Shown here: in pieces, positions 19,917 through 30,831 of the stretch
Layout of the letters: each line of letters opens with the position of its first letter
Numbering within the stretch: position 1 is the first letter of the stretch
Origin: Candidatus Eiseniibacteriota bacterium
GTDB lineage: Bacteria; Eisenbacteria; RBG-16-71-46; CAIMUX01; VGJL01
Direction: 5' to 3'
Assembly: GCA_963792585.1 (NCBI GenBank)
Contig: CAWBWI010000006.1
Coordinates: 1 to 64,000 of the forward strand
Length of the DNA stretch: 64,000 nucleotides
Made by a program: the position numbers and the translations under genes
Notes under the pieces: generated by a model
What the model was told of the DNA's origin: nothing
Databases searched by the model: none
What the model saw: the letters and a program-made list of their open reading frames with translations, nothing else

Positions 19917-20831
19917 CTAGCCCGCTCGTCGGAATCGCTCATATCGGATTTCCAGCAGGTCGCGCCCTGGCTGGAGAGCGCGATGCCGCGGAATCAGGAT
20001 CCGCGAGCCGTGCAACCCCTGGATGAGGTGCACAAGAGTCGGCCCGTCTGACTCCTCGAGCAGGTCCCTGCGGACCTCCACCACATAGTCGGGACGGATA
20101 CCAAGAAAATTGTTGTCAAAGACCGAGTGATGAAGCTTGCATAGGGCGAGCCCATTGCGGACAACAGGTTCACCTTCCGGTTCGGGATCCGGGATTATGT
20201 GAGCCGCATCCAGAAGTTCCTCATGACGGAGTCGACAGAGGGCACACTGATTCTGGTAGGCCTGCAACACTCGCTCCCTGAATGCGCGCTGGTGCAGCCG
20301 ACGCTTGACGATGCTGGTGATGTATTCTCTTCTGGCATCTTCTGCGACGACGTCTGCTTGGCCCCCGGAAGGAAGCACCGCTGCATACGTCGCATCGTCG
20401 ACCGCTACGGTGAAAGTTAGGTTCCTGACATCGTCACTCACGATGAACACCGGCCATGTAGCGAGATACCGCCCCTGAATGACTCCATGGAAATGGACCA
20501 GGGGCACCCTCTGGGTCATAGCAGAACGAAGAGACCTATTGTCCGGATGATCCGGGTTCGTACCACGATAGCGATATCGAAGCAGTCCATCGGAGCCGAA
20601 GCTGTCGTTATATGGGCCTGAGGGGGCAGTTGTTATGGAAATCGGAAGCGACTCAAGGACCTGGGGCTTGAATATGCCCTGAGGACCTACGAGAGGAACC
20701 CTCCGCCCTCCGTATTCCAGCCCCTTCTCAAGTACTGCTCGCGGGAGGACATCGCCATGAATTTCCACTTGCTTCGCAAGCCAATCGAACACAGCCGTCC
20801 GAACTAGCGAGTCATCGAAACGCAGAGTCAC
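19917..20831 (-). CDS. HNH endonuclease with SRA-like N-terminal domain (candidate modification-dependent restriction enzyme)
   Basis: PYNDSF..LRYRYRG..DNRSLRSAM..PLVHFHG (SRA-like); RLHQRAFRERVLQAY..CALC..AAHI..NGLALCKLHHSVFD. Confidence 0.85.
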   Translation of the reverse strand: MTLRFDDSLVRTAVFDWLAKQVEIHGDVLPRAVLEKGLEYGGRRVPLVGPQGIFKPQVLESLPISITTAPSGPYNDSFGSDGLLRYRYRGTNPDHPDNRSLRSAMTQRVPLVHFHGVIQGRYLATWPVFIVSDDVRNLTFTVAVDDATYAAVLPSGGQADVVAEDARREYITSIVKRRLHQRAFRERVLQAYQNQCALCRLRHEELLDAAHIIPDPEPEGEPVVRNGLALCKLHHSVFDNNFLGIRPDYVVEVRRDLLEESDGPTLVHLIQGLHGSRILIPRHRALQPGRDLLEIRYERFRRAG

Positions 20832-20913
20832 TTGGAGATCCTGACAATGGCTTCAAATGCGATCTTGTTAGGCATGCCTATGCTCATATTCTCCGAGAGT
20901 CCGCTGCCAAATG

Positions 20914-23900
20914 CTATCCCGTTGCGAGCTTCCCTCTTCCCCTCATCCACACCCACACCACCGGCACGAGCAACACGATCAGCGCCACGATCCCCTGCCC
21001 GCGTGCCCAGGCCGTCGGCTGCTCCAGCAGCCCGCCGACCCCGCGGTACATGAAGAACCCGTAGATCCCCGCCAGGTATGCGAGCGGGTTGTCGCGCAGG
21101 ACCCAGCGCACGAGCGCGTACGCAGCGATCAACACTAGCGCCATCATCTTGAGCGCGACGAGCGCCTCGCCCATCCCGCGCACCGGGCTCAGCGCCAGGC
21201 CAACGGCCAAGAGCGCGAACAGCGCCCAGCGGATCGGCCGGCCCGGCCATTCCCGCGACGGCAGGACCCGCAACACAGCGGCCACGGCGAATCCACACAG
21301 GAACGTCGCCACGATCGTGCTCACGATCACAGCGAGCCCGGGCGAGAGCATGTCGAGGTAGCCCGCGGGATCCAGCCCCGGCGGGTTGGCGTAGCGGGGG
21401 AACCATCCGGCGATCGCCAAGCGCACGAGGCCGAGCGTCTTCATCGCTGCGGGCACGATGACGAGCGCGAGCAGCGCCCCGGGCACCATGCGCGCCCGTG
21501 CACCCGCGTCCCCCAGCAGGGCCACCGACGGCTGCAGTCCGCGCGCGAGCGCGCTCAGGACCCACCCGAGGAAGAAGTAGAGCACGCACGCGGTGACGAT
21601 CCCGACGCCGAAGAGCACGAGGTAGCTGCTCCAGGCCATCGTGGTCTGGTAATTGAAGACGAACCGGGGCCAGCCGTTCACGGCACCGATCAAGGCGAAG
21701 CCAAGCGCGATGGGCCCCACCCGCAACATCCGCCTCCACGGGATCACGCCGGCCATGTGGGCGCGCGCGGCATCGCGCAGCGCGACGCCGAAGCTGCCGA
21801 GCCCGCCGAGGATCATCAAGCCGACGATGATGCCGGTGAGCGCGGTCCTCCTGCTACGCAATCGCTCGAATGCCTCAGGCAGCCTGAGCTTCACGCCGAA
21901 GCCGGAGGCGCGGTCGCCGGTGACCTTCGCTTCCAACCGGTAGCGCGCTTCGCCGACGTTGCGGGCATCCCCTTCGCGCGCCTCCCACGCATAGTGGCGG
22001 TCCATCCGCTTGGGGCGCGGGTCGTCGGCGGCTTCCTTCTGCTCCATCCCGGTCGGCTCCAGCTCGACCGAGGAGAGGAGTCGCGCGGCGCGCATCTCGG
22101 CATCCGCGGGCGTCACGCTCGGGAGGCTGTCCCCTTCGGCGATCCGGTGCTCGAATCCGACAACGCGTCCGGTCGTGGCCTCGACCTTGACCCGTAGTTC
22201 CTCCGCCAGCAGGTGTTTGTACATCCGCACGGTCCAGATCTGCGCGGGGAGCAGGTCGGGATAGGTCTTCTTTAGTCCGGCGAGACCGTTGTGCTGCATG
22301 ATGTAGCGCGGCGATTCGTCGTACGTGCCGGGACCGAAGTCGATCGTCTCGCGATACCCCGTGGGCGAGAGATCGTGCTCCGTGAGGAACTGGTGCGCGA
22401 TGCCGCTCGCCGTGGGGCGCGCAACGTTGACCGGGATGTCGGGCTTCTCGAGCTTGTTGGTGGCGAGGAGCATCAATCCCAGCGCGGCGATGGTCACGCC
22501 GAGAGCGGCAAACGTTTGCCGCCGGCCGAGCCCTGCGATCGTGATCGCAACGGGCGCCGCCGCCTGCGACTGGCCCGTCGACCCCGCCGCATCCTGCGCG
22601 GCCTCCCGCGCGACCGCGGCCATCTCCTCGACCGATGGCCTCGGCTCCGCCTGATGCCGCAGCGGCTCGGGATCGCTGAACCGCCCTGTCCGCAGGTAGG
22701 CAACCAGCGCAACGATGAACGGCAGCACGAAGATCCCCGAGGCGATCGCGGCGGTCAGGATGTAGTACGGATTCCCCGAGCGGAACAGGAGATACCCCGA
22801 GAAGAACGCATCGACCGTGAAGTGCCACACCAGGGCGAAGAGCAGGTTGAAGCGGATCATCAGGACGCCGATGAACACGCCCGCGATCCCGACCTCGAGT
22901 CCCCGGATGTAGAACGGCTGGTTCGGGTACGTCGCATGCCCGAAGCCCCAGATGAAGCCGGCGATGATGACCGCGAGGAACCGGCTCTTGAAGATCTTCT
23001 CGAAGAAGGGAATCGAGAAGGCGCGGCTCATGAACTCTTCCGACACGGCGGGCAGGAATCCGATGAAGAGCAAGAACGCCCACGGGAAGGCGCTGTTCAG
23101 CAGGTCATCGTACGGCACGTCGGCGGGCGACCAAGCGCCGAGCGAGGTCGCCACGCGGTAGAAGACGCACTGGTAGGCGATGAAGAAGAAGGTGACGATG
23201 AGCCCCGCGAGCGTCGAGAAGAAGACTTCCTTCGTGCGGAAGCCATGCCAGGTGAAGATCTTCGGGAGCGCCATCTTGCGCGGGTAGGCGGAGCGGTAGA
23301 GTGTCTCCCCCGACGCGGTGATGACGAGCAGCATCGCTCCGATCCCGAGTCCCCCAGGAGCGCGTTGATCACCGTGGCGCTCACGAACCCGCCCCACGAG
23401 CGCGTCGTGTCGAACTGGTAGAACTGCTGCGGCAGGTTGTTGAGCGAGGTCAGGATCGCGAGCCCCCCGCCGACGAGCGCGAGGGTCACGGCGAATCGCC
23501 AGCGGATCTCGTGCCCGCGGAAACGCAGGAAGATCATGACGATCATCGCGAGGATCGTCAGCAGGAAGAAGACGGTGTCGACGGCGCCGGCGGTGGTGTT
23601 CTTCGAGCGCAATTGCTGGTAGTCGCGCGTCCATGCCTCGGGGACCTGCACGAACTCCTCGTAGCCCCCGACGCGATCGCCCTGCACGACGACTTTGTGG
23701 CGGTAGCGTCCTCCCTTCCAGTCGATCCCGACGCGCTCCCATGTGAAGGTGCGATCGGTGCGGCTCTTCCACTCGCGCGCGGTGGCGCCGAGGTAGCGCA
23801 GGTCGCTCGTCCCGGCGGGATGGACCCGCGCAAGGAAGCGCTCGGCCAGGCCGCGGGCCTCCTCCTCCGAGAGTCGGTTGGCGGAGGCGGTCGAGAGATC

Positions 23901-24377
23901 CTGCCCGGGCGGCGTCATCTCGTCCACGCCGGGTCGCTCGCCCGGCGAGTCGTCGGGGAGCAGTCGCTCCACCTTCACGACCTCCCCCGTGGGGGCGATC
24001 TCGACGGTGTACTCCTCCTTCTGGAGCGCCTTGTACCAGCGGTGCGACCAGCGCCAGATCTTCGCGGTCTTGGTGACGGCCTCGTTCATCGCCGCCAGGC
24101 CCAGCTCGCGCTCGAGGAAGACCTTGGCGGAGTCGTCGTAGACGAACGAGGAGCCGTACCGGTAGCCGGCGACGTCGAAGTTCATCTCCCGCAGCATGCT
24201 CTCGGCGCGCACGCGCGACTGCTTGCGGTCGAGATCGAACTTGATCGTGGCTTCGGGGAATACCGTGGGGAAGAGCTTCACCGAGATCGCGAGACAGATG
24301 GCGCCGATCGCGAGGAGGGCCACGATCGCCCATCCGTCCCGGCGCGTCAGGCGCAGGGCGCTGCGAGGATCGCTCAT
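20914..24377 (-). CDS. Large CPBP (CAAX/Abi) family intramembrane glutamic protease with two extracytoplasmic domains (single frameshift at ~23350)
   Basis: EEFMSR, WGFGH and HFTVD catalytic motifs; many TM helices. ORFs 23097-24377 and 20914-24405 join at the C5 run 23351-23355. The ATG overlaps the gmhA stop (ATGA). Confidence 0.85.
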
Positions 24378-24947
24378 GGGAAGATCTCCCTCTCGACCAG
24401 CTCACAGATGATGTGGCCGGCGAGGATATGTCCTTCCTGGATTCGGGGCGTGTCGTCGGAGTCGATCCGGAGGCAGAGGCTCGATGACCGACGGCATCGC
24501 GCCGCCAGTGCGACCGGTCATCCCGGTCGAGTGGAGGTTCATCTCGCGCGCCTTGCGCAGCGCGGCGAGCACGCTTTCGGATTTCCCGCTCGTCGAGATC
24601 CCGACGACGATGTCGCCGGGGCGCGCGAGGCCGTCGAGCTGGCGCGCGAAGACGGCGTCGTAGCCGAAGTCGTTGCCGATCGCGGTCACGGCGGAGGAGT
24701 TGATCGAGAGGGCGAGGGCGGCCAGGCCAGGGCGGTCCTTGTAGAAGCGCCCGGAAAGCTCGGCCGCCATGTGCTGCGCGTCGGCCGCCGAGCCGCCGTT
24801 ACCGAAGAAGAGGATCTTCCCGCCGCCGCGTAAGCAAGCGATCCACTGCTCGGCGATCTTCGCGAGCAGCCCGGCCTGGGACTCGAGCGCCTTGTTCACC
24901 CGCGCGCCCTCGCGGATCCGGTCGAGGATTTCCTGCTCGTGGATCAT
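24374..24947 (-). CDS. gmhA: Phosphoheptose (sedoheptulose-7-phosphate) isomerase (frameshift at ~24479)
   Basis: GNGGSAADAQH, TAIGNDFGY, GISTSGKS; the shifted frame gives DTPRIQEGHILAGHIICELVE. ATGA overlaps at both ends. Confidence 0.92.
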
Positions 24948-26073
24948 CGTGCCTCCCGTGCCAGTTCTACGATTCCGGCGGCCAGGCTGTCCCAGCCCAT
25001 CGTGGCCTTTTCCTTGCGGAGGCCGGCAACGAGCCGGTCCTCGAGGCGATCGTCGAAGTATCGCTTCACGGCGGCGACCAGGGCGCCTTCGTCCTGCGCG
25101 GGCACGAGGAGGCCGGTCACGCCGTCGGTCAACATCTCGTCGAGCCCACCCACGCGCGTGCAGACGACCGGCCGCTCGAGCTGGTAGGCGACCTGGATGA
25201 TGCCGCTTTGCGTCGCCGAGCGATACGGCAGAACGGCCAGGTCGCTCGCGCAAAAGACCGGCCCGACCGCCTCGCTGGGGACGTAGTCGCCGGTCATCTG
25301 GACGATGTCGCCGATGCCGAGCTCGGCGACGATCGCATCGTACGGCGCGCGGTCCTCGTAGAACTCCCCCAGGACGACCAGGCGCGCGCCGGTCTGCCGG
25401 TGGATCTCGGGCATCGCGCGCAGCAAGAGATCGAGCCCCTTGTAGCGCCGGATGTAGCCGAAGAAGAGGAGGACGCGTTCCGTCGCGCTCCAGCCGAGAC
25501 TGCGGCGGGCCTCCGCCTTCGGCATCGGTTCGCCGAAGTGGGTGTAGAGCGGGTGGTGGACGAGCCGCGCGGGCGCGTCGGGGCGGAAGCGGCGCAGGTC
25601 TTCCATCACCGACTTCGACATCACGACGAACGCGTCGGCGCCGTTCATTATGTAGCGCGTGAGCGCGGTGTCGAAGGGACGCTTCTCGTGCGGGATCACG
25701 TTGTCGCAGATGAGAATCGTACGGGCTCCGCACTTCTTGCGCGCGCGCCGCGCGATCGTCCCGAAGCAGGGGGCGAAGAAGGGGATCCAGTACTTGAACA
25801 GGATGACGTCGGTCTTCGCGCGCGCGATCGCATCGGCGGTGCGCCGCCACGTCCAGGGTGCGATCGAGTCGACCATCGCCCGCGCGCCGACGGGCGCGGG
25901 GTCGGCGCCGCTTCGATCTGCGTCTTGCCCGGGAAGAGGATCGACGGGTACTGGCGCGTGAAGGAGTAGAAGTCGACCGTGTGGTCCTTCGCGAGCTCGC
26001 GCGCGAGGAGCGCGTTGAACTGGGCGATCCCGCCCCGCATCGGGTACGCGGTCCCGACGTAGGCGAACCTCAA
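24944..26073 (-). CDS. Glycosyltransferase family 4 (GT-B; frameshift at ~25900)
   Basis: N-terminal MRFAYVGTAYPMRGGIAQ..RQYPSILFPGKTQ; C-terminal FFGYIRRYKGLD, LPYRSATQSG, TRVGGL. TTG at 26073 overlaps the hddA stop. Confidence 0.88.
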
Positions 26074-27116
26074 CGCGAGGGGCTCTCCCCGTCTTCCGGA
26101 GGCACCGTCCATGCCTGCAACCCCCGCTCCTCGAGGGCGAAGGGCACGAGCTTGCCCCCTTCCGCCTCGAGGCCCCGCGCGATCGCGAGCTTCTTCTCGA
26201 AGGGACAGAAGACCAGGAGGAACCCGCCGCCGCCCGCGCCGAGGATCTTGCCGCCGATCGCGCCGTTCTCGCGCGCGGCCTGGTAGAGGCGGTCGATCTG
26301 CTCGGTCGTGATGGCGGGGTCCAGGTCCTTCTTCGCGACCCAGGCTTCGTGCAGAAGCTCGCCGAAGCGGCGGACCCGGTCGCGCAGGAGCGCGGCCTTC
26401 ATCTCGATCGTCAGTTCCTTCATCCGGTCGAGGCTCTGGATGACCGCTTCCTTCCCCTGGATGTAGGAGCGCATCTGGTTCTCGACGATGTGGGCCGACA
26501 TCCGGGTCGAGCCGGTGTAGCAGAGGAGGGTCGAGTACTCGAGCTCGTTGATGACCTCGCGGCGGATCCGTAGCGGATTGACGATCGTGTGGTCGTACTG
26601 GAACTCGATGAAGTTGAAGCCGCCGAAGACGGCGGCGTACTGATCCTGCCGGCCGCCGGCGATCTTCAGGTCCACGCGCTCGATCTTGTGGGTCAGCTCG
26701 GCGATCTCGTAGTTCGTCATTGCCTTGCGAAGCCACTCGCACATGAGGCCGACCAGGGCGGTGACGAGGGTCGACGAGGCGCCCAGGCCGCTCCCCGGAG
26801 GGGCGTCGGAGTGGACCAGGAGGTCGAAGCCTCCTTTGGCGACCGCCAGGGCGCGGAAATGGTTCACGACCCCCTTGAGCAGGTCCAGATCCCCGTCGAT
26901 CGGCAACGGCTCGTCGATCGGGAAGGTGCGCGTGAGATCGTAGTCCAGGCTCGTGAGGCTCACCGTGCGGTCCTCGCGCAGGCGCAGGCTCCCGTAGACA
27001 TACTTGTCGATCGTGGTCGACAGGACGACCCCGCCCCGCTCCTCGACGTACGGCGAGCAGTCGGTTCCGCCGCCGCAGAAGCTGATGCGCAGGGGGGCTT
27101 TGGCGCGAAGGATCAT
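26070..27116 (-). CDS. hddA: D-glycero-alpha-D-manno-heptose-7-phosphate kinase (GHMP kinase)
   Basis: KAPLRISFCGGGTD, PPGSGLGASS, GGRQDQY, KILGAGGGGF; next to gmhA and a nucleotidyltransferase. Confidence 0.9.
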   Translation of the reverse strand: MILRAKAPLRISFCGGGTDCSPYVEERGGVVLSTTIDKYVYGSLRLREDRTVSLTSLDYDLTRTFPIDEPLPIDGDLDLLKGVVNHFRALAVAKGGFDLLVHSDAPPGSGLGASSTLVTALVGLMCEWLRKAMTNYEIAELTHKIERVDLKIAGGRQDQYAAVFGGFNFIEFQYDHTIVNPLRIRREVINELEYSTLLCYTGSTRMSAHIVENQMRSYIQGKEAVIQSLDRMKELTIEMKAALLRDRVRRFGELLHEAWVAKKDLDPAITTEQIDRLYQAARENGAIGGKILGAGGGGFLLVFCPFEKKLAIARGLEAEGGKLVPFALEERGLQAWTVPPEDGESPSR

Positions 27117-27150
27117 GGCCCGCTCATCTTCCGGGAGCGGGGGGCGAGTG

Positions 27151-28032
27151 TCAACGCGCGGCCTCGAGACGGCTGCGGATCGCGGCGAACTCGGTCTGCG
27201 CGAGCGCGAGCCGCTCCGGGGTCCCGATGTCGCGGAAGAAGACCTTCGCGCGGTGGGCGCGCAGCCGCCCTTCCCGCGCCCAGCGCGGGAAGTGGTCGTG
27301 CTCGAGGCTCGAGGCGCCCTCGGGCAGTTCGTCGAGGAACGCGCGCGGGAGCAGGTAGGCCCCCGCGTTGATGAGGCCGGGGCCGGAGCGGGACTTCTCG
27401 GAGAAGCCCTGGATCCGGCCGTCGGCGGTGACGTCGATGCTGCCGTAATCGGAGGCGTCGTCGAGCGGGACGGCGAGGATCGCGCCGGCGGCGGGGGCGT
27501 CCACCGGGGCATCGCCGGCCGCGCGGGACGGCGCGTCGCCAGGCGCTTGGTGTGATCCATCACCCGGCGCGGCCGAGCCCGCGGGCGCCGCATCCAGCTC
27601 CGCCTCGCACGCGTCGATGAACTCGGCGAGCGGGTAGTCGGCGAAGGAGTCGCCATTGAGAACGAGGTTCAAGTCGGCGGCGAATGCGCGTGCGTTGGCG
27701 AGCGCCCCGCCGGTGCCGAGCGGTTCGGTCTCGGCGACGAAGATCCGCATCGGGAGCGAGGCGGCCACCGGCTCGCCCGGGGCGATGTCGGCGAGGATCT
27801 CGTCCATCCGCTCGGGCCCGAACACCTTCTCGACCGCGTCGGCACCATGGCCGGTCAGGAAGACAATTCGCGAGACGCGCGCGCCGCGCAGCCGCTCGAG
27901 GTGGTAACGCAGGAACGGCCAGCCGGCGACCTGGACGATCGCCTTGGGGCGGTCGGTCACGGTCCGGAGGCGGGTTCCGAGGCCGCCGCAGAGCAGGAAG
28001 GCGGCCCTCGATCGAGTCTCTCGGGAATCCAT
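27151..28032 (-). CDS. hddC: Sugar-phosphate nucleotidyltransferase, probably heptose-1-phosphate guanylyltransferase
   Basis: LCGGLGTRL..PK, EPLGTGGAL, VLNGDS, INAGAY, FRDIGTPE; context with hddA and gmhA. Carries an Ala/Pro/Gly-rich insertion. Confidence 0.8.
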   Translation of the reverse strand: MDSRETRSRAAFLLCGGLGTRLRTVTDRPKAIVQVAGWPFLRYHLERLRGARVSRIVFLTGHGADAVEKVFGPERMDEILADIAPGEPVAASLPMRIFVAETEPLGTGGALANARAFAADLNLVLNGDSFADYPLAEFIDACEAELDAAPAGSAAPGDGSHQAPGDAPSRAAGDAPVDAPAAGAILAVPLDDASDYGSIDVTADGRIQGFSEKSRSGPGLINAGAYLLPRAFLDELPEGASSLEHDHFPRWAREGRLRAHRAKVFFRDIGTPERLALAQTEFAAIRSRLEAAR

Positions 28033-28253
28033 GGGCTGCCGCAGTGTAGGAACGCTCAAGGAGCGGGTCAACAACGGGTCCCGGGTCGGCGGTCCGTGAG
28101 TCCTGGGCAGCTTTACCTCGGCCCCGTTCGGACCCGCCCGTAAGCCGCCGCAAGGTCGACGCGGGCCTTCGACGGATTCGCCGGGAGCCGGCGTGCCTCC
28201 CCAACCGGGTCCTGGCGACCGCCGGGCCCGCGTGTTAGCGTCCGGGCAATCTC

Positions 28254-30806
28254 ATGCAAACCGTGCACGCGATCGGCTTTCTCGTCATCGGGGCGGTCCT
28301 CCTCCTGGGATCGGGCTACGGCATCCTGGGTCTGGTGGGACCGCTACGCCGCGCCGTCAGCCGCCTCGAGGCGATCCCGCTCGCATTGCTCCTCTCGAGC
28401 GGCGTCTGCGGCCTCTGGGCCGCGGCCGGCCGGCTCGCGGGGATCCGGATCGGGCCCTGGTCGATCATCTTCCTCGTCCTCAGCGTGGGCCTGGCCGTCG
28501 CCGGCTGGATCGCGCGCCGCCGCGCGCGCGGCCGCGAGGCCCGGCGTCCCTTACGGATGTCGCAGCCGTTCCTCGCGATCGTCCTCGGGATCGCCGCGCT
28601 CTCCTTCGTCCTGGTCAGCAAGGAGGGCGGCTCGCTGGGGCCCGTGCACGATTCGCTCGACTTCGTCGCCTTCGTGAACGAGACCCTGCAGACGGGCGAA
28701 CTCGCGCCCGACTCCCCGATCTACAAGAGCGATCCGGGGCTTTCCCCCGATCCTCGGCGCGGCAGTTTCCACACGCAGGTGACGGCGATCTGCCGGCTCT
28801 CGGGCGTCTCCCCGACCGACGGATGGCGGTGGCTGCCCCGCCTTCTCGTGCCGCTCACGATCCTCGGCTTCGCGGCGATGCTGCGCGCATGGCTCGGCGC
28901 CCGCGTGGCATGGGTCGGCACGCTCCTCTTCTTCGCGACGACCTTCTTCACGCTCGATCGCTTCATCCAGAACATCGGCTACGCGAGCCGCTTCGGCTGG
29001 GTGATCGGCTGGGCGGGCCTGCTCGCGCTCGCGCGCGGACTCGAAGAGCGCCTGCTGGGGCGCCGCCGTGAGGGCCTCGCGCTGCTGGCGGTCGCCGCGA
29101 TCTCGCCGGCGATCCTGGTCTTCGTCCACCTGCTGAGCGGCGCGCAGACCGCGCTCGCGCTCGGCTGCGGGGCGGTCGCTGTCTGGGTCGATCGCGGCGC
29201 GACGCGGGAGCAGCGCCGCGACACGCTCGTCACCCTCGCCGTCGCGGGATTCCTGCTCCTCGCGACCCTCGCCTTCCGGCTCGGATCGGGCACGGGCCTG
29301 GGCAATCCGCTCTTCGACCATCTCTACGGCGTGATGCTGGTCGCGCCGAGCTGGCCCGTCCTCTTGCCGGGCTACGTCATGGAACGCTTCAGTTGGGCCG
29401 GCGTGGCCGGGGCATTCCTCGGGCTCCTGCTGCTTTCGTTCGCGCGACGCGATCGCGCGGCCGGGTTCCTCGCCTTCTCGACGGCGATCCCGCTCTTGAT
29501 CCTCTTCTTCCCGCCGATCGTGCGAATCGTGGTCGCCGCGCACGCCCACAGCATGCTCTTCCGCGTGATCCTCACGATTCCCTTCGCGGCCACGCTGGCC
29601 TACTGCGCATTGGCGGGGATCGCGCGGCTCCGCGGGGGCGGTGGGACGCAAAGGGAGGACGGGCGGAACCGGGCCGGCGGCCCGGGCGCGAGCGACGCCG
29701 CGCGTCGCGGCGGCAAGCGCCTCCTCTCGAAATCCATCGGCGTCGCGACGCTGGCGGTCATCGTCCTCGGCCTGGCCGGGCAGTTCGCCTCGATCCGCTC
29801 TTCGTGGGCGATCCCCGAGCGCCGCCGCGCGGAGTACAGCGAGAACCAGGCGCTGGTCAACGCCCTCGACTTCATCGAGCGCACCTATCCAAATGTGCAA
29901 ACCGTGCTGTCCGACCCGCTCTCGAGCTACTCGATACCTGCTTATACAAAACACGACGCGGTAGCGCCGTTCAACCAGCACTCATCCCCCACCGATCCAT
30001 CGGTGGATGACCGGATCCGCGATGTGCAGGAGGCGTTGAACGGACGCGTGGGGATGGCCCGGACCTTCGAGGTGATCCGCCGTTACGCCGTGAACCTGAT
30101 TCTCTTGAACCAGAGCTTCGCGCGGCTCACGAGTTCCTACTACCACTTCGTGACGCCGCTCGCCTTCGAGGAGCAGCTGGCGAAGTTTGACCGCGCGCCC
30201 GAGTACTTCCAGAAGATCTACGTGGGCGGCGGAGTCCGCGTATACGCGGTGCGCGATCCCGGTCCCGACGCCGCGCTCCCCGGCGATCCGCCGAATCCGG
30301 ACCGGATCCCCGATCCGGGAACGCCGCCGATTCTCGTGAGCGGACCGGTCGAGTTGATCGGCTTCGACATCGTCCATGAGCCGACCCGTCCGGGTGAGCC
30401 GTTCTCGATCAACGTGGCATGGCGTCGCACCGGCGCGCCCTATGAGCTGCCCGTCGTCTGCGAGGTGAAGGTCCAGAACCAGACGCAGCCGCGCGCCTAC
30501 GACCGCGCGCTCCTCGGCCGCATTGAGGCTTACGCCGAGGAACGCAAGAGCGGGAAGGTCTGGCGCTTCGGGCGCGCCTTCCACCCGCTTCAGACCTACT
30601 ATCCCGACTTCCTGTGGAATCCCGGCGAGACGTACAAGGATGTCTTCTGGATTCGCGTGCCGCCGAACACCCGCCCGGGCGTCCACGACATCTACATCCG
30701 CCTCGACCGGGAGCCGTACGCCCCGGTCATGCGGCTCGACGAGCAGTGGAGCACGCGCCTGGGCGCGGCCTGGAAAAAGATGGGGACGATCGAGATCGTC
30801 CCCTGA
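28254..30806 (+). CDS. Polytopic membrane protein, GT-C-like glycosyltransferase candidate, with C-terminal extracytoplasmic domains
   Basis: 850 aa with many predicted TM segments; acidic first-loop motif HDSLDF; TVLSDP..YSIPAY segment; divergent from the heptose operon. Confidence 0.6.
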   Translation: MQTVHAIGFLVIGAVLLLGSGYGILGLVGPLRRAVSRLEAIPLALLLSSGVCGLWAAAGRLAGIRIGPWSIIFLVLSVGLAVAGWIARRRARGREARRPLRMSQPFLAIVLGIAALSFVLVSKEGGSLGPVHDSLDFVAFVNETLQTGELAPDSPIYKSDPGLSPDPRRGSFHTQVTAICRLSGVSPTDGWRWLPRLLVPLTILGFAAMLRAWLGARVAWVGTLLFFATTFFTLDRFIQNIGYASRFGWVIGWAGLLALARGLEERLLGRRREGLALLAVAAISPAILVFVHLLSGAQTALALGCGAVAVWVDRGATREQRRDTLVTLAVAGFLLLATLAFRLGSGTGLGNPLFDHLYGVMLVAPSWPVLLPGYVMERFSWAGVAGAFLGLLLLSFARRDRAAGFLAFSTAIPLLILFFPPIVRIVVAAHAHSMLFRVILTIPFAATLAYCALAGIARLRGGGGTQREDGRNRAGGPGASDAARRGGKRLLSKSIGVATLAVIVLGLAGQFASIRSSWAIPERRRAEYSENQALVNALDFIERTYPNVQTVLSDPLSSYSIPAYTKHDAVAPFNQHSSPTDPSVDDRIRDVQEALNGRVGMARTFEVIRRYAVNLILLNQSFARLTSSYYHFVTPLAFEEQLAKFDRAPEYFQKIYVGGGVRVYAVRDPGPDAALPGDPPNPDRIPDPGTPPILVSGPVELIGFDIVHEPTRPGEPFSINVAWRRTGAPYELPVVCEVKVQNQTQPRAYDRALLGRIEAYAEERKSGKVWRFGRAFHPLQTYYPDFLWNPGETYKDVFWIRVPPNTRPGVHDIYIRLDREPYAPVMRLDEQWSTRLGAAWKKMGTIEIVP

Positions 30807-30831
30807 GGCAAGCCGAAGCCCTATCTCCTAG

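Noticed and set aside
18400..20914. Integron cassette array or IS-bounded island around the HNH genes
   Set aside because: No attC-like RYYYAAC..GTTRRRY dyads, integrase, transposase or terminal repeats found by eye.
24402..27656. Apparent long fusion ORFs 24402-25850 (ending in GmhA) and 26070-27656 (ending in HddA)
   Set aside because: The N-terminal extensions are off-frame readings of the upstream genes; the true starts are ATG 24947 and ATG 27116.
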